A stretch of 64,000 nt of DNA, taken from NCBI GenBank assembly GCA_964372205.1, contig CAYJQB010000001.1, forward strand, positions 13,180 through 77,179, read 5' to 3'. This stretch comes from Candidatus Woesearchaeota archaeon. GTDB taxonomy: Archaea; Nanobdellota; Nanobdellia; Pacearchaeales; GW2011-AR1. Positions within the stretch are counted from its first letter, which is position 1. The number at the start of each line of letters is the position of its first letter. This document shows, in pieces, positions 16,972-26,521 of this stretch. The translations under genes and the position numbers were made by a program. Under the pieces are notes generated by a model. It was not told the DNA's origin. It saw only the letters and a program-made list of their open reading frames with translations, and did no database searches.

Positions 16972-17336
16972 CTTAAAATTTTAACTCCTTCAGCTTTTGG
17001 ATTTTTCTTAATCTCTTCTAATAAATATACTATTTCGGACTTGGTTTTTACAAGTTTATCTTTGGCAGATTCGGAAAACTCAAGGGCACAAACTCTTACT
17101 CTTTTAGTAACCTCGCCAAGACCTAACACCTTACCGGGAATTACTAACGTGTCCCCCTCAGAGGAATTTTCATCTATCTCTTTTAGGTTTACTGCAGCAT
17201 AACCTCTTTTCGAACCGGATATTATTTGTGCAATTTTCATCCAGCATTTGTTCTTCTTAGCAAGAATTATAGTTTCCTCTATCACAGGATCCGTCTTTCT
17301 TCTTATTCTCTTGCTTATTTTTGTTTTGCTTATCAT
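16968..17336 (-). CDS. rpl18e: 50S ribosomal protein eL18
   Basis: VNL...VIPGKVLGLG...FSESAK; conserved synteny. Confidence 0.93.
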   Translation of the reverse strand: MISKTKISKRIRRKTDPVIEETIILAKKNKCWMKIAQIISGSKRGYAAVNLKEIDENSSEGDTLVIPGKVLGLGEVTKRVRVCALEFSESAKDKLVKTKSEIVYLLEEIKKNPKAEGVKILR

Positions 17337-17352
17337 TTTTCAATATGACTTA

Positions 17353-17436
17353 TGCGGGGAGAAGGATTCGAACCTTCGCAGGCACTAAGCCAACACGGCC
17401 TTAACGTGTCCCGTTTGACCGCTCCGGCATCCCCAC
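17353..17436 (-). tRNA. tRNA-Leu (AAG)
   Basis: GTGGGGATGCCGGAGCGGTCAAACGGG-ACACG-TTAAGGC-CGTGT-TGGCTTAGTGCCTGC-GAAGGTTCGAATCCTTC-TCCCCGCA; long variable arm, A73, no encoded CCA. Confidence 0.92.
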
Positions 17437-17444
17437 GCGATTGA

Positions 17445-18140
17445 TTACTTAAGCGACTTTTCAATCTCGCTCAAATTGCCTTGTAAGGCCTCAATAGCAC
17501 TATTCAAAATTTCCTTGGCGCTAATCTGCCCAAAGGACTCAATTATTAATAGCATTTCATCTGATGACTTTGTTGCTTCCTTGTCAATCTTAGATATCTC
17601 TTCTTCCTCAACTTCCTTAAGGTCAACAATCCATGAGCTTCCCTTCTTCTCTTTAACCAAACCTTTACAATGCTCGATTATTTCAGCAACTTTCGAATTA
17701 GAAGATTTAACCTCAGAAAGATGTCTATAATAGAATAACCCTGGAACATATTTCGAGTGATTGATGGCTTTTCCTAATTTTGCGGTTCCAACAATTTCAA
17801 TATCCTGCCCCTTTTCAAGATTCGTTATAGGGATATTATCATAAACAACTTCTGCATCTCCCTTCAAATCTCCAGAGTATACAGTGCCTGGTCCAGATTT
17901 TTTCAAACTTAACTGGATTTCACTTTTATCACTCATTTTTTTATTTGTCTTTAAAGGCACCAATCCAATTCTCAATGCTATAATCTCATCATAGAGTGCT
18001 GAATCATTCTTGAAAAATTCAACTTCATCAATTGCAAGCACTTTCACTTCATCCACACTTCTCCTTATGGCATTTGCCAAGCTTTCATTTGCCTCTGTCC
18101 TCAAAACCAATTTTTCCGGTGTGTCTATAAGAGCTTTCAT
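17445..18140 (-). CDS. rpoD: RNA polymerase subunit D (Rpo3)
   Basis: LANAIRR, NDSALYDEIIALRIGLVPL, GPGTVYSGDL, ESFGQ. Confidence 0.93.
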   Translation of the reverse strand: MKALIDTPEKLVLRTEANESLANAIRRSVDEVKVLAIDEVEFFKNDSALYDEIIALRIGLVPLKTNKKMSDKSEIQLSLKKSGPGTVYSGDLKGDAEVVYDNIPITNLEKGQDIEIVGTAKLGKAINHSKYVPGLFYYRHLSEVKSSNSKVAEIIEHCKGLVKEKKGSSWIVDLKEVEEEEISKIDKEATKSSDEMLLIIESFGQISAKEILNSAIEALQGNLSEIEKSLK

Positions 18141-18164
18141 TTTAATCTATAAAAAAGAGTTCTT

Positions 18165-18656
18165 TTAAACTCTTCTGCCTCTCTTACCTCCTTTCTTCTT
18201 CGGTCCACCTCTAGGAATTTTTGTGGTATCAAGTATACTGATAATTTTGAAACCTTCTTTTCCTAGAGTCTTTACCGCCGCATGGGCTCCAGGCCCCATT
18301 CCAGCACTATTAGTTTTTGTTCTCATTCTTACATATAAGCTTGTTATTCCCACATCTTTCGCTCTTTCAGCAGCATTCTTTGCAACAAACATTGCGGTAG
18401 TAGGATTAGCTTTCAATCTATCGTGTTTCGTGACCATTCCTCCAGAGACTCGTGATATAGTGTTTCCAACAAGGTCAGTTATATGGACTATAGTATTGTT
18501 GTAGGTGCTAAAGATATAAGCAATTCCGGCTCGCTCATCTGAAGTTTTCTTCTCCCTTGTTTCTCTAACGGGCCCTTGTTCTTCTTCCACTTTCACTTCC
18601 TGAACGTCTTCAATATTCATCTCCTGTTCTTCTTCCACTTTCACTTCCTCACTCAT
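18165..18656 (-). CDS. rps11: 30S ribosomal protein uS11
   Basis: STYNNTIVHITDL, GPGAHAA, GGKRGRRV; acidic N-terminal extension. Confidence 0.95.
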   Translation of the reverse strand: MSEEVKVEEEQEMNIEDVQEVKVEEEQGPVRETREKKTSDERAGIAYIFSTYNNTIVHITDLVGNTISRVSGGMVTKHDRLKANPTTAMFVAKNAAERAKDVGITSLYVRMRTKTNSAGMGPGAHAAVKTLGKEGFKIISILDTTKIPRGGPKKKGGKRGRRV

Positions 18657-19164
18657 TTGTCACCTCACTTTCTTCACTAGTTTCTTCTGCTTGAACTTTT
18701 ACCTTGGGTGCAACAACCTTTCTCTGTTTAATTTTGATTTCATTCTCTTCCTGAGCGCTAACAAGATAACTTGGAGAGTTCATCATCTTGTCACCAACAA
18801 GCACCTTTTTATGGACTATCATCTGTCTTGCATGATCAGGAGTATTTGCAAGACCTTTGTGGTACACTACAGTGGATAATCTCCTCTTCAATAGGTCTTC
18901 AACATTAAGAGCCAGAACTTCCGCGATTGAGTTCACCTTAAGTCCAGACTTATGAAGGTTACTTAAAAAAATCTGTTGATCTTCAGTACTTGCAGTGATA
19001 AGCTCTTTAGCTCTAGTTCTGAAATATTTTATCTTGGATTCCGTCTTCCAAATTTCTCTTTTATTTTTCAATCCATATTGAGAGACAATTTTATTTTCAG
19101 AGTCAATCCTAGGTTTGTCATATAGTTTTTTTGGCCAATCAAATTTTTTCTTTTTTCTTATCAT
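18649..19164 (-). CDS. rps4: 30S ribosomal protein uS4
   Basis: YGLKNKREIWK, RRLSTVV, ARQMIVH, PSYLV. Confidence 0.95.
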   Translation of the reverse strand: MIRKKKKFDWPKKLYDKPRIDSENKIVSQYGLKNKREIWKTESKIKYFRTRAKELITASTEDQQIFLSNLHKSGLKVNSIAEVLALNVEDLLKRRLSTVVYHKGLANTPDHARQMIVHKKVLVGDKMMNSPSYLVSAQEENEIKIKQRKVVAPKVKVQAEETSEESEVTNE

Positions 19165-19641
19165 TTAACTTTTCTTACCTGCCTTAGGTTTTTTAACTCC
19201 AACAGCTCTACCTCCTTTTCTAAAGTGACTTCTAGTTTTCTGACCTCTAGTAGGAAGTCCGAAGGCATGCCTCATTCCCCTATAGCTCTTTATTTTTTTC
19301 AGTCTTTTTATGTCAAACTCTTTTCGCATATCTAAGTCTACAGCAGTAAGGTGCCTTACTCCTCCAGTATCATAGTCGGATCTTCTGTTAACCAGGAAAA
19401 CAGGTAAGTCTGCATTTTGCAAGAACTTTTCAATTTTTTCTATTTCAGCCTTAGACAACTCTCCAATTCTCTTATCCTTGTCAAGCCCAAGTTTCAAACA
19501 AGTTGCTTTAGACACTGCCCAAGAAACACCTTTTATTTTTGTTAATCCTGGATAAAGTTTTTTGTTTCCAGAGATGTCTCTACCAAGAATTCTTATAAGG
19601 GATTCTCCTTTTTCTACAAGTTGAGTTTTTTTGTCTGCCAT
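19165..19641 (-). CDS. rps13: 30S ribosomal protein uS13
   Basis: LTKIKGVS, SYRGMRHAFGLPTRGQKTRS. Confidence 0.95.
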   Translation of the reverse strand: MADKKTQLVEKGESLIRILGRDISGNKKLYPGLTKIKGVSWAVSKATCLKLGLDKDKRIGELSKAEIEKIEKFLQNADLPVFLVNRRSDYDTGGVRHLTAVDLDMRKEFDIKRLKKIKSYRGMRHAFGLPTRGQKTRSHFRKGGRAVGVKKPKAGKKS

Positions 19642-19642
19642 T

Positions 19643-20182
19643 TTATCTTACAAACAGAATTTGCCTTGGGTTTTCAGTTATCTCTTCCCAAATCCTTTTT
19701 TCTATAGCCTTTTTTGGATCAGGTAATCCAGCCACCCTTTGCCTGATATCTTCGAACGATTCGAAAGGTTTACTTTCCCGTTCTTTTACGATATCATTGG
19801 TGTGCTTTTTTCCAAATCCAGGCAAGAGTTCAAGTTGGTGCAATCTGGTATTTATTGCTTGGGCAGAATTAAAGAAATCTACAAATTTCTTCTCCTGCTC
19901 CGCAACCATTTTGTCTATGAACTCTCTCAGTTGGATCTTAGCAGTTTCCGTTAACTTCTCTGGAAGTAATCTTCCACGGATGAAGTATACTTTATCTCTC
20001 TTGTTCGGGCCTATATAAACTTTTTCCTGCAGCACGAATGCAGCCCCTCTGCTAGGAACTATTTCCAATAAAGAAAGATGTTTTTCACCAATAGTTTGTA
20101 CTATGGGATTCATTCTTCCTTCTAAAGGATAACCATGAGGTAGGTAATCTAAAACTATTGCATATTCGTCTCTTTCTTTCAT
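19643..20182 (-). CDS. DUF655 putative RNA-binding protein
   Basis: VLDYLPHG...RLHQLELLPGFGKK HhH; conserved position next to rpoF. Confidence 0.85.
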   Translation of the reverse strand: MKERDEYAIVLDYLPHGYPLEGRMNPIVQTIGEKHLSLLEIVPSRGAAFVLQEKVYIGPNKRDKVYFIRGRLLPEKLTETAKIQLREFIDKMVAEQEKKFVDFFNSAQAINTRLHQLELLPGFGKKHTNDIVKERESKPFESFEDIRQRVAGLPDPKKAIEKRIWEEITENPRQILFVR

Positions 20183-20184
20183 CT

Positions 20185-20484
20185 TCAGTACTTCCTGACA
20201 ATCTCCAACAGAGCATTTATCTCCTCCTCATTAAGTGAAACATCATTGAATACTTTGTTTATGTCTTCTGCGTCTTTCGGCAAAAGGTCCACAACCTTTA
20301 CAATGTGTTCATTTTTTATTTTCAGATTATTAAGACTCCTTATCTCTTCACTCATACTAAGAGCTTTTTCTTTAGAAAGTTTACAATATTTTTTTAAGTA
20401 ATCTTCTAGATTTTTCTTTTCTTCAATACCCTTAACTATCTCTCTAACTTCTGCCAAAGTGACTGGTTGCATATCTAATATCAT
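20185..20484 (-). CDS. rpoF: RNA polymerase subunit F (Rpo4)
   Basis: VTLAEV...KVVDLLPKDAEDI; synteny rpl21e-rpoF-DUF655. Confidence 0.85.
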   Translation of the reverse strand: MILDMQPVTLAEVREIVKGIEEKKNLEDYLKKYCKLSKEKALSMSEEIRSLNNLKIKNEHIVKVVDLLPKDAEDINKVFNDVSLNEEEINALLEIVRKY

Positions 20485-20738
20485 TTATCTATTCTCCTTA
20501 AGTGAACTGGCTTCACCATGAACTGTTTCCTACTATCAAAATCCTTTACCTCTACTACATAGGCTCTACCTCTTTTCTCAACTACCTTTCCAGTTCTTCC
20601 TTGCATCCTTTTAGGAAATCCAGGACTCTGAACTCCCAAATCCATGACTAGAGCAACCTGGTCTCCACTAACAAATCTTTGAAAATACTTGCTAAAGGAT
20701 ACCTTTCCTTTCTGTCTGATTCTTTTTCTTTTTAACAT
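20481..20738 (-). CDS. rpl21e: 50S ribosomal protein eL21
   Basis: Start at ATG 20738 (MLKRKRIR); FPKRMQGRTGKV, KPVHLRR. Confidence 0.92.
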   Translation of the reverse strand: MLKRKRIRQKGKVSFSKYFQRFVSGDQVALVMDLGVQSPGFPKRMQGRTGKVVEKRGRAYVVEVKDFDSRKQFMVKPVHLRRIDK

Positions 20739-20790
20739 AGTATATCTATGATTACCTAAAAATAGTAGTTTAAAAAGCTTGCTACCCGCG

Positions 20791-20961
20791 TCAAATACTG
20801 ACGCTTCCTTGATGCAAGTCCCCACTGTCTTTGGCAGATTGCATGTTTTGCTTTATAGCTGAGAACATTTTAGGCCCCCATACACCATGACCACATCTTT
20901 CACACACATCCACTACACTGTCAGGAGAAATCTCACTGGAACAATAAATGCATTTTTTCAT
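20791..20961 (-). CDS. Small zinc-finger protein (56 aa)
   Basis: MKKCIYCSSEISPDSVVDVCERCGHGVWGPKMFSAIKQNMQSAKDSGDLHQGSVSI*; GAGGGT RBS; not in the ORF track. Confidence 0.8.
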   Translation of the reverse strand: MKKCIYCSSEISPDSVVDVCERCGHGVWGPKMFSAIKQNMQSAKDSGDLHQGSVSI

Positions 20962-21029
20962 TATACCCTCTTTTCAATTAGAAGGTTCTATGAGGGAGAG
21001 GTTTATAAATTTTTGTTTGATTTTTAACT

Positions 21030-22241
21030 TTATTCGTACCTCAAGGCGTCTACAGGATTTATTTTAGAAGCTCTTATGGCAGGAAGGGTGCCAGATACAG
21101 CTCCAGCCAAAAAAGCGAAAGCCAAAAGACCTGCAAACAATGAAGCAGGGGTTACTGCTCTGAGAAGCTCCGTTCCTAATTGGTTTATTGCTATGAGCTC
21201 TATAGATTTACTTATAATTAAACCCAAAGTTATTCCAATAAGCCCCCCTACAACTCCCAAAAATCCGGACTCGATGACAAAGATGAGTGCAATGTCACTA
21301 TTCTTTGCACCAACTGCTTTCATCACCCCTATTTCTTTTGTCCTCTCCAACACAGAGGTATACATTGTATTCGCAATACCAATTCCGCCAACGACAAGTG
21401 AAATCCCTGCTACTCCTAAAAGAAAGGCAGTGATTACATTCAATATAACTCCAAAACTCTCAAGCAACTGATCTGGCGTTAGTAAGCTAAAATCTCTTGA
21501 GTCTTCATCAACATTTCTACTTTTGTCAAGAGCCTTTTCAATTCTATCACTAACTTCCTCAACATCTTCACCAGCTTCAACCTGCACAATAATTGTATCT
21601 ATCCGATTTGTATCTGGAAATAGCTTCTTGAAATCTGTTTCAGACATATAAATCAGTCTGTCATCTCCCGGATTTCCAATTGGTTGAAGAATAGTTTTCA
21701 CTCTAAACTCCATTTCATTAATTGTCAGGGTGTCTCTATCATTTACAGATTTTCTGAAGAGATTATTGTATTTGTAATGGCTTCCAACCATAATTTCTCC
21801 AGTATCTCCTTCTTCAAGAAATTGTCCTTCATCTATCTTATAAGCTCCAGATTCAAGAAAAACACTTGACTGATCAAGGGGAAATCCAACTACAGAAAAG
21901 TATCTTTTTCCATCAGCAAACTCTATCTCTCCAGTCGCTGCAACCCAATAAGTATAATCTTCAACTCCAATCACTTTTTCAACAACATTAACGTCTTCAA
22001 TAGTTAGCTGTGTCGCACCTCCGGTTCCGGGACCAGCTAGTTGTCCTCTAGGTTGTATGAATATTTTGTCTGTGCCGAGCAGTCTGAATTGTTCTTCAAC
22101 CGCGCTCTCCAATCCTAATGAAAGACTAATCAGAACAAAGATTGTGGCTATAGAAATGAATATTCCTAAAACTGTAAGCCAGCTTCTCAATTTTCTATGA
22201 GATATATTTCTCAATGCAAGTTTAAAATAATCTTTAATCAT
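21030..22241 (-). CDS. ABC transporter permease, MacB/FtsX family
   Basis: RKLRSWLTVLGI, SVLERTKEIGVMKAVGA, PVDALRYE. Confidence 0.92.
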   Translation of the reverse strand: MIKDYFKLALRNISHRKLRSWLTVLGIFISIATIFVLISLSLGLESAVEEQFRLLGTDKIFIQPRGQLAGPGTGGATQLTIEDVNVVEKVIGVEDYTYWVAATGEIEFADGKRYFSVVGFPLDQSSVFLESGAYKIDEGQFLEEGDTGEIMVGSHYKYNNLFRKSVNDRDTLTINEMEFRVKTILQPIGNPGDDRLIYMSETDFKKLFPDTNRIDTIIVQVEAGEDVEEVSDRIEKALDKSRNVDEDSRDFSLLTPDQLLESFGVILNVITAFLLGVAGISLVVGGIGIANTMYTSVLERTKEIGVMKAVGAKNSDIALIFVIESGFLGVVGGLIGITLGLIISKSIELIAINQLGTELLRAVTPASLFAGLLAFAFLAGAVSGTLPAIRASKINPVDALRYE

Positions 22242-23455
22242 TTTCTTAAAGCCTCCACAGGATTTAGTCTAGATGCTTGCAAAGCTGGAATTATCCCCGC
22301 AAGCATTCCGACGAGAAAAGAGAAAGAGATAGCTCCAAGAAGAAGAGGAACTGATAAAGTCACCCCCAAATCAACTCCTCCTAAAAAATTACTTGCAATA
22401 GAAGATATTCCTAATGCAATCCCAATACCAATAACCGCCCCCACGATTCCTCCTATTAGTCCGAGAAAAGCAGACTCTATAAAAAATATAAGCAGGATGT
22501 CAGAATTTCTAGCCCCTATTGCTTTCATGACTCCAATACTTTTTGTCCTCTCCAACACAGAGGTATACATTGTATTTGCAATACCAATTCCGCCTATTAA
22601 CAGGGCAATTCCTGCAATTCCTGCAACTACTAAGTTTATTATGTCCAGTATAGTATTTATTCCCGAAATGCTTTGTAATGGAGTCTGAACAGAAAAGTCT
22701 TCCTCACCTTCATCTAAATCCCTATCCTGTCTTAATTTTCTTTCAATGTTTTCTGCAACTCTTTCAATCTCATCCGCGTTTTCAACCTGCACAACAATTA
22801 AGTCGATTTCATTTTCAATATCGAGAATTCTCTCCAAATCACTTTCTAACATAAAAAGAGTGGTGTCAACAAAAAAACTTCCTGTGGGCTCAAGAATTCC
22901 TGCAACTTCAAAAGTTTCTCCTTGAATGTCTATTTCACTCCCCACAACTATCTCTTCGCCAAATTCTTCTTCTGTTGTAAAGCTACTACCCAGAACAACC
23001 TTTCTTCTGTCAGAAGGCTCAACTAGTCTTCCTTTTTCAGTTTCTCCGTTCAAGGCATCATAGACTACTTCCAGTTTCTCATCATCCTGTGGCAAGCTAG
23101 CCACACCCTTGAATTTTGCAATATCATCAACTTCTACTCTAACAACTCTTATGTGTCTAGCAATGGTGAACTCTACCCCTGCTACAGAATCAATAAGCTC
23201 CAAATCATAGTCATTAAGCTTTTTTACAACAGTGCTTCCAGGAGGGCCGAAACCAGTCCCTGCATTTTCAATCACAAGCTTATCTGGGTCGAGAGTTCCA
23301 AACTGTCCAGTGATTGTCTGTTGCAAACCCTGTCCAAGAGATATTAATGATACTACTGCTGCAATTCCAATAACTATCCCTAAAACAGTGAGCCAGCTTC
23401 TCAATCCTCTATGTCTTAAGTTTTGGAAAGCTAGAAAAAAATAATCTTTCAGCAT
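22238..23455 (-). CDS. ABC transporter permease, MacB/FtsX family (paralogue)
   Basis: RSWLTVLGIVIG, SVLERTKSIGVMKAIGA, NPVEALR. Confidence 0.92.
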   Translation of the reverse strand: MLKDYFFLAFQNLRHRGLRSWLTVLGIVIGIAAVVSLISLGQGLQQTITGQFGTLDPDKLVIENAGTGFGPPGSTVVKKLNDYDLELIDSVAGVEFTIARHIRVVRVEVDDIAKFKGVASLPQDDEKLEVVYDALNGETEKGRLVEPSDRRKVVLGSSFTTEEEFGEEIVVGSEIDIQGETFEVAGILEPTGSFFVDTTLFMLESDLERILDIENEIDLIVVQVENADEIERVAENIERKLRQDRDLDEGEEDFSVQTPLQSISGINTILDIINLVVAGIAGIALLIGGIGIANTMYTSVLERTKSIGVMKAIGARNSDILLIFFIESAFLGLIGGIVGAVIGIGIALGISSIASNFLGGVDLGVTLSVPLLLGAISFSFLVGMLAGIIPALQASRLNPVEALRK

Positions 23456-23460
23456 GGAGT

Positions 23461-24309
23461 TTAACCTCCTCTGCTCTGTTTAATTCTTCTCCTTTTTCTG
23501 ACGGCGCGCCAGATTATCCAAAGAACAATCAAAACAACAACAAGTCCGATATACAGTAAAGTGTTATTCTTTTGTATAATTCCTAATTCAACAGCCTGAT
23601 TTCTGGAATAAATTGTAACTGGAAGATTAATGTTTTCTTTTATTACTTCATTATCAAAGTTTCTATATTCTACTATCGCTACCAAGTTTGCTTGATTATT
23701 CCTAAAAATAACATCGAAGCTCGCAGTTTCAAAATCATCTGAGTCGACATTCCCTACATAAACTTCATCTTCAGACAAGAGAGTATATCCTTCAGGGAAA
23801 ACTTTTACAAGAACGAACCTAGCATCACTAAATCCTCTATTGACAATTTTTAGATTTAGGACTCCTTCTTCGCCGATTACAGGAGTTTCAGCCGACACCG
23901 AAAATGAAATCTCACTTTCACCCTTAACTCTTATACCAATAGAGCCAGTTCTTTCCTTTCTTTCACCATCAACATAATATGTAAGAGTGTAAGGTATCTT
24001 ATAGTCTCCAGGAACAATGTCATTGGACGCCTTTATCCTAATACTTACTTCTTCATCATCGCCAGAATTCAATTCATCAATTCCCTCTTCAGAACTTCCT
24101 ACAGGAGTAAATGGAAGATCCGTAAAGTCTAATCTTATAGATATATCTTCTACATCATCCTGTAAGATATTCTCAATGTCTAATCTGACTAGACCAGACT
24201 CTCCAGGAACAATCTCTTCTGTAAGGACAGATTGAATTACTACTGCAGAAGCTAAATCGACTCCCATTATCAAAATGATTCCCAAAGCCAAAATTGCTAT
24301 CTTTTTCAT
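23461..24309 (-). CDS. S-layer-domain/Ig-like membrane-anchored protein
   Basis: Signal peptide from MKKIAIL, beta-rich body (PGDYKIPYTLTY), C-terminal TM and basic tail; lies in the ABC operon. Confidence 0.7.
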   Translation of the reverse strand: MKKIAILALGIILIMGVDLASAVVIQSVLTEEIVPGESGLVRLDIENILQDDVEDISIRLDFTDLPFTPVGSSEEGIDELNSGDDEEVSIRIKASNDIVPGDYKIPYTLTYYVDGERKERTGSIGIRVKGESEISFSVSAETPVIGEEGVLNLKIVNRGFSDARFVLVKVFPEGYTLLSEDEVYVGNVDSDDFETASFDVIFRNNQANLVAIVEYRNFDNEVIKENINLPVTIYSRNQAVELGIIQKNNTLLYIGLVVVLIVLWIIWRAVRKRRRIKQSRGG

Positions 24310-24370
24310 AATTTCTTCGACCAAATCGAGTTTAAAAATATTTGTATTTTTTAACTAAAAAGTGAATACA

Positions 24371-25084
24371 CTAACTTTTCTTTTTCCACTTTCCATTAAT
24401 TTTTTCCAAAATATTTTCAATTTTACCATCCTTTATTGAATAGATTTTTCTGGCATGTGCCTCAGCTAACTCAGGTTCGTGAGTTATTACAATTATAGTC
24501 TTTCCTTGTTGATTCAGCTTTTCTAAAAAGTCCATAACCATTTCACCAGTTTTCGTATCCAAATTTCCAGTAGGTTCATCTGCAAGAATTATCTCAGGAT
24601 TATTAGCAAGAGCTCTTGCTATTGCCACTCTTTGCTGTTGTCCTCCAGAAAGTTGATTGGGATAGTGCTCCATACGATTTTCAAGCTCAACCAATTTTAA
24701 TAATTCCTCAGCTCTCTTATTTCTAGATTTAATATCTGCTCCCTGAAAGAGCATAGGAAGCATTACATTCTCTTTAGCAGTCAAGTTCTGGATTAAGTTA
24801 AAACTCTGAAAGATGAATCCAATTTTCTTTCCTCTAATTTGGGCAATCTCACTTTCTTCTAATTTTTTAATGTCCTGACCATCAAGATAAATTCTGCCAT
24901 TTGTCGGAAGATCAAGACTTCCAGTCAGATTCATGGCAGTGCTTTTTCCACTTCCAGAAGGTCCCATAATGGCTACAAAGTCCCCTTCCATTATTTCGAC
25001 ATTGATATCATCAAGAGCTTTCACTACATTATCTCCCATTTCATAATATTTTGAAACATCTTCAAGTTTCAGTATTTCAGCCAT
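24371..25084 (-). CDS. ABC transporter ATP-binding protein (LolD/MacB type)
   Basis: [33 protein letters not shown]. Confidence 0.95.
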   Translation of the reverse strand: MAEILKLEDVSKYYEMGDNVVKALDDINVEIMEGDFVAIMGPSGSGKSTAMNLTGSLDLPTNGRIYLDGQDIKKLEESEIAQIRGKKIGFIFQSFNLIQNLTAKENVMLPMLFQGADIKSRNKRAEELLKLVELENRMEHYPNQLSGGQQQRVAIARALANNPEIILADEPTGNLDTKTGEMVMDFLEKLNQQGKTIIVITHEPELAEAHARKIYSIKDGKIENILEKINGKWKKKS

Positions 25085-25134
25085 ATTAAACTGGCTACAA
25101 TAAGCTTTAAAAACCTTCTTTCAGCAATAATAAC

Positions 25135-25332
25135 ATGATAATCCCAGTAAGATGTTTTAGTTGCGGAAAGCCCATAGGTCATTTGTGGGAAAAATACAAA
25201 CAAAGACTTGAAGCAGGCGAAGACGCAGGCAAGATTCTAGATGAACTAGGGTTAGAAAGATACTGCTGCAGAGCTTGTATGTTAGGTCATGCAGACATGC
25301 TTCCAGAAGTCAGTAAGTTCAAGAAATCCTAA
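25135..25332 (+). CDS. rpoN: RNA polymerase subunit N (Rpo10)
   Basis: MIIPVRCFSCGK...RYCCR. Confidence 0.96.
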   Translation: MIIPVRCFSCGKPIGHLWEKYKQRLEAGEDAGKILDELGLERYCCRACMLGHADMLPEVSKFKKS

Positions 25333-25333
25333 A

Positions 25334-25570
25334 ATGAATCATTTTGAAATTTATAAAAGAGAATCTACTTCTGAAGGAGGCAGTAGAGCCCTAGCACTTT
25401 CACATTTTAATGCTGGATGCGATGACGAATTTATGAAATGTTCTAGCAGAGAAGAAATTATCGAGAGAGCCGAAGAAATTAGAGTCCAATATGATATTCA
25501 AAAAGGTACGAGAGAATTTAATGTACTGGTAGCAAAGGCATCATCACATGGCTTGAGATATTCAAGATAA
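25334..25570 (+). CDS. Hypothetical protein
   Basis: ATG at 25334 directly after the rpoN stop (MNHFEIYKR...). Confidence 0.5.
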   Translation: MNHFEIYKRESTSEGGSRALALSHFNAGCDDEFMKCSSREEIIERAEEIRVQYDIQKGTREFNVLVAKASSHGLRYSR

Positions 25571-25576
25571 GTCAGA

Positions 25577-25843
25577 TTAACTCATTTTCCACCTGTTCAA
25601 AAACCCACATTTAGAACATTCAACAGTCTTGTACATTTTTCCAACCCTTATTTTGCCTTTATTATATTTCAAATCAGAATAGCACCTCTTACAGAATCTC
25701 TTTCTGTAATCTTTCAACTTTAGGTTATATGACATCGCAAGCCTTTTCGTCTTTCTGACATTTTTCGAATCAAGCTCTTCGGTTTGCCGAAAAAAACCGT
25801 CTATCCTTTCTTCAGCTTGTTTCTTACTTAACTTATTTTTCAT
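25577..25843 (-). CDS. rnp4: RNase P protein component 4 (Rpp21-like)
   Basis: Start MKNKLSKK at 25843; KRFCKRC...VECSKCG zinc ribbon. Confidence 0.75.
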   Translation of the reverse strand: MKNKLSKKQAEERIDGFFRQTEELDSKNVRKTKRLAMSYNLKLKDYRKRFCKRCYSDLKYNKGKIRVGKMYKTVECSKCGFLNRWKMS

Positions 25844-25894
25844 AACTGATTTAATCCAATTATATTTAAATAACTCTCTTCTTTCACATCTACA

Positions 25895-26113
25895 ATGTTC
25901 AGGATAATCTCTGAAGGCTTGGTTGAAAGGATAAAACAAGAACGTCAAAGATGGGGGGAAATTTCTGAAGCAAGGAGAATTCTAAGAAGATATGAAAAAG
26001 ACATGGAGGAAGGATTATCAGGCCATTATGATGGATTAAGACTAATTCCTTCAAAAGTTATAGATGCTCAATTATGTTTAACTGTTTCAGGATATAGATT
26101 AAACTTACGATAA
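25895..26113 (+). CDS. Hypothetical protein
   Basis: 72-aa ORF with a TATA-like TATTTAAA upstream. Confidence 0.45.
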   Translation: MFRIISEGLVERIKQERQRWGEISEARRILRRYEKDMEEGLSGHYDGLRLIPSKVIDAQLCLTVSGYRLNLR

Positions 26114-26122
26114 AAAAAATGA

Positions 26123-26238
26123 AGAAGACAGCATCTGTGCTTCGCCTCTGTTCGGAGACTAACACACCAGACGTGGCAGGCTTAACTTCTGTGTTCGGAA
26201 AGGGAACAGGTGTTTCCCAACCACTATGGCCGTCTTCA
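26123..26238 (-). rRNA. rrf: 5S rRNA
   Basis: Reverse strand GAAGACGGCCATAG...AAACACCTGTTCCCTTTCCGAACACAGAAGTTAAGC...GCTGTCTTC with complementary ends; boundaries approximate. Confidence 0.92.
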
Positions 26239-26315
26239 GAAATATCCTTTATTTAGAGTATAAAAACCTTTCCAATCAATAACTTTAAAATAAGCTAATC
26301 TCCTATCTTTGGTAA

Positions 26316-26399
26316 GCGGGGATGCCGGAGTGGTCAAACGGGACGGACTCAAGATCCGTTAGCTTAGTGCTTACGAAGGTTCGAATCCTTCTCCCCGCA
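26316..26399 (+). tRNA. tRNA-Leu (CAA)
   Basis: Anticodon arm ACGGA-CTCAAGA-TCCGT; long variable arm; GGTTCGAATCC. Confidence 0.95.
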
Positions 26400-26400
26400 T

Positions 26401-26475
26401 GCTCCCGTAGCTCAGCCTGGATAGAGCATTGGGGTCCTAACCCAAGGGTCACAGGTTCAAATCCTGTCGGGAGCG
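26401..26475 (+). tRNA. tRNA-Arg (CCT)
   Basis: GCTCCCG/CGGGAGC acceptor; TTGGG-GTCCTAA-CCCAA; GGTTCAAATCC. Confidence 0.93.
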
Positions 26476-26521
26476 TTCTAAAAGCAAATCTTTAAAACCC
26501 ACTTCTCAATAGAATAAACAT

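Noticed and set aside
17392..17412. Reading the tRNA-Leu anticodon as TAA
   Set aside because: It would require breaking the perfect 5-bp anticodon stem and disagrees with the register of the paralogous tRNA-Leu(CAA).
20739..20825. ORF-track N-terminal extension of rpl21e
   Set aside because: Overlaps the small zinc-finger gene; eL21 similarity begins at ATG 20738.
21285..22600. Repeated DNA segments between the two ABC permease genes
   Set aside because: Explained by paralogy of the conserved IANTMYTSVLERTK motif.
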